A stretch of DNA of 64,000 bases from Eubacteriales bacterium (lineage in GTDB: Bacteria > Bacillota > Clostridia > Oscillospirales > CAG-272), in NCBI GenBank assembly GCA_045543955.1, contig JAZPYB010000023.1, positions 65,499 to 129,498 of the forward strand. Direction: 5' to 3'. Under the pieces are notes generated by a model. It was not told the origin of the DNA. It searched no databases and saw only the letters and a program-made list of their open reading frames with translations. The position numbers and the translations under genes are program-made. Shown in pieces: positions 28,755 through 37,081 of this stretch (its first letter is position 1; each line of letters starts with the position of its first letter).

Positions 28755-30806
28755 TTATCTATCAAGGTCGCGAGGCTTAACCTTAGCAGCAATCTGCTGT
28801 GGCACCTCCTCGTATCTTACAAAGTGGAATGTAAAGTTACCTCTACCTTGAGTCATAGCGCGCAAGGAAATTACATAGTCAGTCATTTCGGACTTTGGAA
28901 CCTCAGCCTCAACAACTGAATATTTTGGACGGTGAGCATCAGGCTCCATACCCATAACTCTGCCACGGCGCTTATTGAGGTCGCCCATAACATCGCCAAC
29001 CATAGATTCAGGAACACTAACCTTCAATGTGCCAATAGGCTCAAGAAGAGTAGGCTGAGCATTGATAAGCTCCTTGTAAGCTAGACGAGCTGCAAGCTTA
29101 AATGAAAGCTCGTTAGAGTCAACATCGTGGTATGAGCCACCTGTCAAATCAGCCGCTAAATTAACCATTGGGTAACCTAGAAGAACGCCGGATTCCATAG
29201 CATCAGTAAGTCCCTTTTCAACAGCAGGGAAGTAGTTCTTTGGAACCTCGCCACCTACAACGCTGGTTGTAAATGTCAAGCCCTCGTTCTCGTCATTATG
29301 TGAGAACGTAATTTTAACGTGACCATATTGACCAGCACCACCGGATTGCTTTTTGTGCTTTCCTTCAACGCTGATTTTCTTTTTGATAGTTTCTCTATAT
29401 GCAATCTTTGGCTCGACAAGAGAAACGTTGACGCCATATCTGTTCTTTAGCTTGCAAACAACAGTGTCAAGATGAACGTCACCTATACCCTTAAGGAGCA
29501 ATTCGCCTGTTTCAACAAAGTTTTCGTACTTAACAGTTTTGTCCTCGTCAAGCACCTTTGCAATAGCGTTAGCAACCTTGTCCTCGTCTCTACCGTCAGT
29601 TTTGATTGCCATAGTCATATTTGCTTCTGGGAAATTGATTTTTGCGTACTCTGTGTCTGATTTTTCACATAATGTATCACAAGTGTTAGTGTTATTAAGC
29701 TTTGCAATAACACCGATATCGCCACAAGCAAGAGAGTCAACCTCTGTTTGCTTTTTACCACAGATTGTGTAAATCTTTGCAAACTTTTCACTAGCACCGG
29801 TTGAAACATTTTTAAGAGTCATATCCTTCTTTAATTGGCCATTCATAACCTTGAAGAAGGAGAAACGACCAACAAATGGGTCGGAGATTGTCTTAAATAC
29901 AAATAGTCTACATTCGCCCTCGCGCTCAATAGCAACATCGTTTCCGTTGACATCCTTTTCAACCTTTTTAGCGGTATGACGTGGGAACGATTGAGCAATT
30001 GAAGAAAGAATTGAGTAAATACCCCTCATGCTTTCTGAAGAGCCACACCAAACAGGCACGATTGAACCATTAATCATACCCTCGTGTAGAGCGTTTGCAC
30101 ATTCCTCCTCGGAGAATCTTTCGCCCTCGAAGAATTTTTCAAGCATTTCCTCATTTGTTTGAGCGCAAGCCTCCATAAATATCTCTTGATATTTTTCAGC
30201 TATTTCAAGACGGGAAGGAGTCATTTCCTCCTCTTGTCTTTCGCCGTTTGGTAGATAACGGAAGCACTTCATAGTCTTTAAATCAACCATCATTGTGCCG
30301 TTAGGCTCTTTAATTGGAATAAATACTGGGCAAAGAGCGTTGCCAAATTCTTCTCTTAATTCACTAAACACCTTGTCAAAGTCAGCATCTGGATCATCGC
30401 ATTTGTTGATAAAGAACGCACGTGGTAGTCCTGCCTCTAAAGCGTTATACCAGCCAATTTCTGTACCAACCTCCATGCCGGATTTAGCATCGATGTTGAT
30501 AAGTGCGGCATCAGCTACACGCAGAGCGGATGAAACCTCGCCAGCGAAGCCTAAAAAGCCAGGGCAGTCGATAAGGTTGATTTTGCAACCTTGCCACTCT
30601 AAATTAACAACGGATAAACCGATAGAAATACCTCTTTTAATTTCCTCTTGGTCGTAGTCTGAAACGGTGTTGCCATCACAAATTCTTCCCAAACGGTCAG
30701 TAGCCTTAGCCTTAAATAGCATAGATTCAATAGTGGCGGTCTTACCACTTCCGCTATGACCTATCAAGCACACGTTTCTAATTTCGTTTGTCGCAAATTT
30801 TGCCAT
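28755..30806 (-). CDS. elongation factor G paralogue (EF-G-like translational GTPase)
   Basis: Five-domain EF-G length. G1 GHSGSGKT, G3 DCPG, G4 NKCD. Domain IV/V-like C-terminus. Confidence 0.75.
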   Translation of the reverse strand: MAKFATNEIRNVCLIGHSGSGKTATIESMLFKAKATDRLGRICDGNTVSDYDQEEIKRGISIGLSVVNLEWQGCKINLIDCPGFLGFAGEVSSALRVADAALINIDAKSGMEVGTEIGWYNALEAGLPRAFFINKCDDPDADFDKVFSELREEFGNALCPVFIPIKEPNGTMMVDLKTMKCFRYLPNGERQEEEMTPSRLEIAEKYQEIFMEACAQTNEEMLEKFFEGERFSEEECANALHEGMINGSIVPVWCGSSESMRGIYSILSSIAQSFPRHTAKKVEKDVNGNDVAIEREGECRLFVFKTISDPFVGRFSFFKVMNGQLKKDMTLKNVSTGASEKFAKIYTICGKKQTEVDSLACGDIGVIAKLNNTNTCDTLCEKSDTEYAKINFPEANMTMAIKTDGRDEDKVANAIAKVLDEDKTVKYENFVETGELLLKGIGDVHLDTVVCKLKNRYGVNVSLVEPKIAYRETIKKKISVEGKHKKQSGGAGQYGHVKITFSHNDENEGLTFTTSVVGGEVPKNYFPAVEKGLTDAMESGVLLGYPMVNLAADLTGGSYHDVDSNELSFKLAARLAYKELINAQPTLLEPIGTLKVSVPESMVGDVMGDLNKRRGRVMGMEPDAHRPKYSVVEAEVPKSEMTDYVISLRAMTQGRGNFTFHFVRYEEVPQQIAAKVKPRDLDR

Positions 30807-31088
30807 TGTTAAGTTCCTCGATTCCTATTATTAAAAAGCAATTACTGTATAATTGCCTGTGGCCGTAATGACGGCTACAAATCAATTGTAACACACTTTA
30901 TTTAGCGTTGCAAGAGTTTTTTGTGCATTTTGTTTAGTTTTTTTCTAAAAAAAATAAAATTTTGTGCAAAATGACGATTTAAGGGTTTGAAAACGAGGTA
31001 AATTTAAAGTAAAAGTTGGACAAATAGTTGTAACTTTTATTCTTGTGTGTTAAAATACTAATATAATGAAGCAATTTGCGAGGTATTT

Positions 31089-31748
31089 ATGATTAGCTAT
31101 AACGATATTAAGCACAACGAAAAAATAAAGGTGTATATTCAAAAGGCAGATGAGTCACTTTTGAAGCTCGGCTATACTGAGCATTCCTTTGCACACGTTG
31201 GCTTGGTTGCCAAAAGATGTGAATATATTCTTTCAACTCTTGGATATTCCGAAAGAGATATAGAGCTTGCCAAAATCTCTGCTCACCTACACGATATAGG
31301 AAATATAGTAAACAGGCGTGAGCACTCACAAAGCGGTGCGGTTATGGCGTTTAGAATACTTGACAATTTGGACATGGATGCTAAGGAGATTGCAACAATA
31401 GTTACAGCAATCGGCAATCACGATGAGGGAGAGGGCGAGGCTGTAAACCCAATAGCCGCTGCGCTGATTTTAGCCGACAAGAGCGATGTTCGTCGCACTC
31501 GTGTGAGAAATCAGGATATGACAAAATTCGACATCCACGATAGAGTTAACTATTCGGTTTACGAGTCTGGAATTGAAATAAACGAGGAAAAGACAAAAAT
31601 TTCACTAAACTTAAAAATCGACACAGAAATAAGCTCGGTAATGAACTATTTTGAGATTTTTCTTGCAAGAATGCTTATGTGCAAAAAAGCCGCAAATACG
31701 CTTGGATTAGAATTTAAACTAGTAATCAATGGACAGGAGATAATATAA
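31089..31748 (+). CDS. HD-domain phosphohydrolase
   Basis: H..V....., HLHDIG and NHD motifs. Confidence 0.7.
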   Translation: MISYNDIKHNEKIKVYIQKADESLLKLGYTEHSFAHVGLVAKRCEYILSTLGYSERDIELAKISAHLHDIGNIVNRREHSQSGAVMAFRILDNLDMDAKEIATIVTAIGNHDEGEGEAVNPIAAALILADKSDVRRTRVRNQDMTKFDIHDRVNYSVYESGIEINEEKTKISLNLKIDTEISSVMNYFEIFLARMLMCKKAANTLGLEFKLVINGQEII

Positions 31749-33364
31749 TGCCGGAAATTTACACAGTATCAAGCCTTGAAAAGGTGCTTCTTCACAAAAA
31801 GCCAAAGACTGAAAAGAAAGGCAAAATGGCAAAAAACGAGACCTTTAGCTTTCAGATTGCTTATAAATATAATCGCTTTGCTAATGATATAGAGGTTAAA
31901 ATTGATAGCCAAATTAATGACTATATTACATACCGTCAGGTTGAGTATGTCCCTTGCACATCCGTAAATCTATGGGAGGGCGACGGCTTTTGCTTGTCCA
32001 AGGATGCGTTTGTCTGCCCCGATGTTTTAAGACCGACAAAGGGTGGCAAATTAAAATCTCGCGCCTGTGCTTATAGCTCGGCTTGGTTTACAGTTAAGGG
32101 AGATTTGCCGGTTGGCAAGCACAAGATAAAAATAACACTTCAAGCGCAATGGTGCGACCCACTTGTGGCTGAATATGAGCTTGAGGTTTTGGATTTCGAG
32201 CTAAAAGACAAGGAGTTTGTCTATACAAACTGGTTCCATTATGACGGAATTTCAAATTATTATAATCTACCGGTCTTTTCAAAGAAATATAATGAAATAA
32301 TGTATGATTTTATTGAAAAGGCAGTGGCACACGGAGTAAATATGCTCCTAATTCCTATGTTCACTCCACCGCTTGACACAAGAGTTGGCGGAGAGCGCAA
32401 AACCGTACAATTAATAGATGTATATTATAATGATGGAAAATATTCCTTTGATTTTGACAGACTAATTGACTTTATGAAAAAGGTTCAATCAATGGGAATT
32501 GAATATTTTGAAATGAGTCACCTGTTTGCTCAATGGGGCGCAAAATGTGCACCAAAAATTGTTGCTACAGTAAACGGCAAGAAAAAGAAAATATTTGGCT
32601 GGAAAAACGGAGCAACATCAACTGAATATACCGAGTTTTTGGGTGAGCTTCTGCCAAAGCTTCGCCAAAGACTCATCGATGAGGGATTTTATTCAAAATG
32701 TCGCTTTCACCTCTCCGACGAGCCAAATGAAAATTGCATTGAGGACTACAAAAAAGCCCACTCTGTGTTTAAAAAGAGTATGCCGGATGCATTTATTACA
32801 GACGCGCTTAGCCACTATGATTTTCACAAGGACGGCTTAGTTGATGTTGCTGTTTGCTCAATAAGAACGATTGATATTTTCCTTGAAAACAATATAAAAA
32901 ATCTTTTTGCATACTACTGCTGTGCAGAAAGTGGAGATTTCTTTACTAATAGATATATGTCCTATACCTCTTGGAGAACTAGAGTGTTGGGAATACAGCT
33001 TTATCTAAATAAAATAAGTGGATTTTTACACTGGGGCTATAATTTTTACAACTCCGTCTTGTCAGACGAGCCGATTGACCCATATTTAATCACGGACGGA
33101 GGCGGTGGATATCAGAGTGGAGATGCGTTCATTGTTTACCCAGGCGAAAATGGCGCATACGACTCGCTTCGTCACGAGGTTTTCTATGACGGACTTCAAG
33201 ATATGCGCTTGCTCTACACATTGGAAGAAAAAATAGGCAGAGAAAAGGTTGAAAATCTTCTTTTAAGCTATGGCTTTGAAAAGGGATTTAGAGTGTACCC
33301 ACACGACGAAAAGGTCTTTTTCAAGCTTAGAAACGAGATTCACAAGCTTATGTCTGAGGGCTAA
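31748..33364 (+). CDS. DUF4091-like protein (glycoside-hydrolase-like)
   Basis: 538 aa. The start ATG overlaps the HD gene stop (TAATG). The family call is from overall resemblance only. Confidence 0.45.
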   Translation: MPEIYTVSSLEKVLLHKKPKTEKKGKMAKNETFSFQIAYKYNRFANDIEVKIDSQINDYITYRQVEYVPCTSVNLWEGDGFCLSKDAFVCPDVLRPTKGGKLKSRACAYSSAWFTVKGDLPVGKHKIKITLQAQWCDPLVAEYELEVLDFELKDKEFVYTNWFHYDGISNYYNLPVFSKKYNEIMYDFIEKAVAHGVNMLLIPMFTPPLDTRVGGERKTVQLIDVYYNDGKYSFDFDRLIDFMKKVQSMGIEYFEMSHLFAQWGAKCAPKIVATVNGKKKKIFGWKNGATSTEYTEFLGELLPKLRQRLIDEGFYSKCRFHLSDEPNENCIEDYKKAHSVFKKSMPDAFITDALSHYDFHKDGLVDVAVCSIRTIDIFLENNIKNLFAYYCCAESGDFFTNRYMSYTSWRTRVLGIQLYLNKISGFLHWGYNFYNSVLSDEPIDPYLITDGGGGYQSGDAFIVYPGENGAYDSLRHEVFYDGLQDMRLLYTLEEKIGREKVENLLLSYGFEKGFRVYPHDEKVFFKLRNEIHKLMSEG

Positions 33365-33506
33365 AACCAGACACTCCTGGACACTTTTTGCTGGGTTTGG
33401 TGCAAAGCGTGTCGAAAAATGACGAAAAGTTTATTTTTAGTTAATATTTCTATGACAAAATAAATTTGTACAACTATGGGCGAAATTTTAAAAAGAGGAA
33501 TAAACT

Positions 33507-34400
33507 ATGGGAAGGTACTACATTTTATTTAACTCACACGCTGGCAATGGTGCTGCAAAGGCAAAGGCAGAGGAGCTTGGACAAAAGCTTGACGCTATGG
33601 ACTCACTTTATGATGTGACTAAAATTGAAAGCTATACGGAGTTATTCGTTGACCCCGAGGCTGATATCATAATTCTAGGTGGTGATGGCACTCTTAATCG
33701 TTTTGTGAACGATACATATGAGTTGAACCTTAAAAATAAAATCTTCACTTGCCCAATTGGTACAGGAAATGACTTCCTTCGTGACCTTGGTCAAAACGAG
33801 GCAACAGAGCCGGTTGAAATCACAAAATATCTAAAGGATTTACCCGTTTGCGAAATTGAAGGCAAAAAGCAATATTTTATCAACGGTGTCGGCTATGGAA
33901 TTGATGGCTACTGTTGCGAGGAGGGCGACCGCCAAAAGGCTAAAAATGTTAAAAAGGTTAACTATACATCAATAGCTATCAAGGGTTTGCTCTTCCACTT
34001 TGGTTCTAGAAAAGCTAAGATTACGGTTGATGGTGTTGAATACAACTTTAAAAGAACTTGGCTTGCACCTTGTATGAATGGTAGATATTATGGCGGCGGT
34101 ATGATGCCAACGCCAGGCCAAGATAGATTAAACGAGGAGCGCGATATTTCGGTGATGGTATATCACGGACTTGGTAAGCTCGGCGCACTTATGCTTTTCC
34201 CAAAGATTTTCACAGGCGAGCACGTAAAGAAGGCTAAGAAGGTTTCAATTTTAAAGGGACAAGAAATCATTGTTGAGTTTGCAAAGCCTTGTGCTGCTCA
34301 AATAGATGGCGAAACCGTTTTAAATGTTTCTAAATGCAGATTTATTTCTAGCAAGATAGCGGAAAAGGAAGCAAAAGAAAAGGAAATGGTAGCATTATAA
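33507..34400 (+). CDS. diacylglycerol/lipid kinase (YegS/BmrU family)
   Basis: GGDGTLN and GTGNDF motifs. Confidence 0.75.
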   Translation: MGRYYILFNSHAGNGAAKAKAEELGQKLDAMDSLYDVTKIESYTELFVDPEADIIILGGDGTLNRFVNDTYELNLKNKIFTCPIGTGNDFLRDLGQNEATEPVEITKYLKDLPVCEIEGKKQYFINGVGYGIDGYCCEEGDRQKAKNVKKVNYTSIAIKGLLFHFGSRKAKITVDGVEYNFKRTWLAPCMNGRYYGGGMMPTPGQDRLNEERDISVMVYHGLGKLGALMLFPKIFTGEHVKKAKKVSILKGQEIIVEFAKPCAAQIDGETVLNVSKCRFISSKIAEKEAKEKEMVAL

Positions 34401-34438
34401 AAATAAAACGGAGCGTTTTTACGCTCCGTTCTTTTATT
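34401..34438. terminator. bidirectional terminator
   Basis: aacggagcg-ttttta-cgctccgtt. Confidence 0.65.
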
Positions 34439-34940
34439 GATTTTGATTTTCTAAAATGTGTGCAAGAGTTCTGAAAACGTATGTTACAGCGCTTTCTCTT
34501 ATGTTGTTTCTTCCAACATCCTCGAAGTTTACAGTTTTTGTTGTTACGTTCCCGTTTATAGAAAAACCAAAGCATACTGTACCAACAGGTTTTTCCGGAG
34601 TGCCACCAGAAGGACCTGCAACACCGGTAATACCAACGCCAATCTCGGCGCCGGTAAGGTTGCAAACCCCTTGAGCCATAGTGCCGGCAACATCCTCGCT
34701 CACAACGCCACAAAACTCAATAATTTCCTTTTTAATGCCAAGGCGCTTAATTTTTGCTTCGTTTGAATATGTAACAATCGATTCAGCAAACACGCTTGAG
34801 GCATCGGCAACACTGACTAGTGTAGCGGCTGCAAGACCACCAGTGCAGGATTCGGCGAATGAAATATGATATTTTTTGTCCTTTAAAATTTTAACTAGCT
34901 TTTCTTCAGGGGAAACTGCGATGTTTATTTGATTATTCAT
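34434..34940 (-). CDS. pncC: CinA C-terminal domain / nicotinamide-nucleotide amidohydrolase PncC
   Basis: ESCTGGL...GITGVAGP.GG...KPVGTV motifs. Confidence 0.8.
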   Translation of the reverse strand: MNNQINIAVSPEEKLVKILKDKKYHISFAESCTGGLAAATLVSVADASSVFAESIVTYSNEAKIKRLGIKKEIIEFCGVVSEDVAGTMAQGVCNLTGAEIGVGITGVAGPSGGTPEKPVGTVCFGFSINGNVTTKTVNFEDVGRNNIRESAVTYVFRTLAHILENQNQ

Positions 34941-35106
34941 AAAAACCTCACAAAATTAAATAGCTGCAAAAGGTATAATATACTATGATTATATCACAAA
35001 AAATTATGCTTGTCAATTTTTGATTGAAATTATTGAATTATTATGTTATACTACAATGTAGAATAGATGAGGGAAGTAATAACCAAGCATATTGAATTTG
35101 TTAAGT

Positions 35107-35141
35107 AAAAAAGCTTCCTTACTCTGTCAAGGAAGCTTTTT
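35107..35141. terminator. bidirectional terminator 3' of tRNA-Thr
   Basis: aagcttcctt-actctgtc-aaggaagctt flanked by an A-run and a T-run. Confidence 0.7.
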
Positions 35142-35142
35142 G

Positions 35143-35217
35143 TGGAGCTGGTGGTGAGATTTGAACTCATGACCTGCTGATTACGAATCAGCTGCACTAC
35201 CACTGTGCTACACCAGC
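35143..35217 (-). tRNA. tRNA-Thr (anticodon CGT), encoded CCA
   Basis: Reverse complement GCTGGTGTAGCACAGTGGTAGTGCAGCTGATTCGTAATCAGCAGGTCATGAGTTCAAATCTCACCACCAGCTCCA. Confidence 0.9.
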
Positions 35218-35277
35218 ATATAAAATCAACATAAGTATTTTACTATATGCACTTAATTTTGTCAAGGGGGAATAACT

Positions 35278-36183
35278 ATGAACTTGTGCGATATAAACAC
35301 TGTGAAAAGATTGATGTCAAAGTACAGCACAGGCACAAAAAAAGGATTTGGTCAAAATTTTCTTATAAATCCGGATGTGCCATACAATATTGCTAACGAA
35401 AGCTATTCCTATCACAAGGAAGTGAACAAAACAGGAAAAAACGCAGTCTTGGAAATCGGTCCTGGTATAGGCTCTTTAACCTCCGAGCTTTGCCGTGCGT
35501 ACGACAAGGTAGTGGCTGTCGAAATTGATAAAACCTTAATTCCAATCCTTGCTGAAACACTTTATGAGTTTAACAATGTTGAGGTTATAAATGAGGACTT
35601 TTTAAAGCTCGATTTAAACGAGTTTTTGGAAAAACACTTCGAGGAGTGTACGATTTCCGTGTGCGCGAACCTTCCGTATTACATTACAACGCCAATAATT
35701 ATGGCGCTCCTTGAAAACGCAAGAGGCAAAAGCGGAGCGTCTAAATTTACATCAATTACTGTAATGGTGCAAAAGGAGGTTGCCGCGCGCTTGTGTGCAG
35801 ACTCTAAAAGCTCCGATTATGGCGCTATTACAGCTTCGATTAACTACTACGGGGTGGCAAAAAAGCTGTTTGATGTTACACCTGATAACTTCTTGCCAGC
35901 GCCAAAGGTGACATCAACAGTTGTAAGAATTGAACTATACAATGAGCCAAAATATAAGGTTCAAAGTGAGAAGATGCTAAGTAAGGTTATAGCTGGAGCT
36001 TTTGCACAAAGGAGAAAGACACTTTTGAATTCGCTTTCTAGCTCTTTCGGAGAGCTTTCTAAGGATAAAATTGCAGAAATTATTGTTGAGCTTGGCTTTG
36101 ATATAAATATAAGAGGCGAAAGACTCTCAATTGCTGACTTTTGTCGCTTGGCTGACAAGTTTACTGAAGAAATTAAAAAATAA
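35278..36183 (+). CDS. rsmA: 16S rRNA (adenine1518/1519-N6)-dimethyltransferase
   Basis: GQNFL, LEIGPGIG.LT and NLPYYITTPI motifs. Confidence 0.9.
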   Translation: MNLCDINTVKRLMSKYSTGTKKGFGQNFLINPDVPYNIANESYSYHKEVNKTGKNAVLEIGPGIGSLTSELCRAYDKVVAVEIDKTLIPILAETLYEFNNVEVINEDFLKLDLNEFLEKHFEECTISVCANLPYYITTPIIMALLENARGKSGASKFTSITVMVQKEVAARLCADSKSSDYGAITASINYYGVAKKLFDVTPDNFLPAPKVTSTVVRIELYNEPKYKVQSEKMLSKVIAGAFAQRRKTLLNSLSSSFGELSKDKIAEIIVELGFDINIRGERLSIADFCRLADKFTEEIKK

Positions 36184-36192
36184 GAGGTGCAA

Positions 36193-36993
36193 ATGCTTTT
36201 AGGAACATTAGTAAATGCGGGGACGATAATTTTAGGCTCACTTCTTGGGGTTCTTTTGGCTAAGTTCTTCGAGAAAAGCAGAAGACTAAAAAAGCTCCCC
36301 GATGCTTTGATGAAAGCAATTTCCTTGTGCGTTATCTTTATCGGTGTTAAAGGCGCGCTTGAAGGAATGTTTCAGATAACAGAGGATGGAAGAATAGTGG
36401 AGTCTGGCAGCTTTTTGATAGTTCTTATATCAATGGTTGTAGGAACTACTATCGGCTCGTTAATTAAAATAAATTCGCTGCTCAAAAGATTTGGAGATTT
36501 TGTTGAAAGAAAGCTTTCGAATAGCAAAAAATCGAAAGAAAATGAAGATCCAAACGCTCCTGTTACGCTAAATAAGGATGATGGCGAAGATCAAAGGAGC
36601 GTTTCAAAGGCGTTTGTTGCAACAACTTTAACCTGTTGCGTTGGTGCAATGGCTATAATGGGCGCACTTGATGCGGGACTTGAGGGTGACCACAGCTTGC
36701 TCTACACAAAAGCGATTTTAGACTTTATTACCGCATTCGTTTATTCCTCGGCATTTGGTATAGGCGCAATATTTGCATCTGTTTCGGTTTTGCTTTACCA
36801 AGGAATAATTGAGCTTGGTGCAGGGTTCTTATCCGGCGTTTTGGTTTCATCTATTAATGAAATTTCAGCAGTCGGTTCAATAATTGTAATGGGACTTGGA
36901 CTCAATATGCTAGGCGCAACTAAAATAAAGGTTGCCGATATGTTACCATCAGTTTTTTTGCCAATTTTACTTTGCGCAATTCCAATTTTTTAA
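36193..36993 (+). CDS. DUF554 family membrane protein
   Basis: MLLGTLVNAGTIILGSLLG start. ATG 36193 lies 5 nt after AGAGG. Confidence 0.65.
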   Translation: MLLGTLVNAGTIILGSLLGVLLAKFFEKSRRLKKLPDALMKAISLCVIFIGVKGALEGMFQITEDGRIVESGSFLIVLISMVVGTTIGSLIKINSLLKRFGDFVERKLSNSKKSKENEDPNAPVTLNKDDGEDQRSVSKAFVATTLTCCVGAMAIMGALDAGLEGDHSLLYTKAILDFITAFVYSSAFGIGAIFASVSVLLYQGIIELGAGFLSGVLVSSINEISAVGSIIVMGLGLNMLGATKIKVADMLPSVFLPILLCAIPIF

Positions 36994-37044
36994 TAAAAAA
37001 TAGACACTCCTTGGCACTTTTTATCAGGGATGTTGGCTAAAAAA

Positions 37045-37078
37045 AGAAAAAGCGAACACAAAAGTGTTCGCTTTTTGA
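37045..37078. terminator. bidirectional terminator
   Basis: agcgaacac-aaaa-gtgttcgct. Confidence 0.65.
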
Positions 37079-37081
37079 TTT

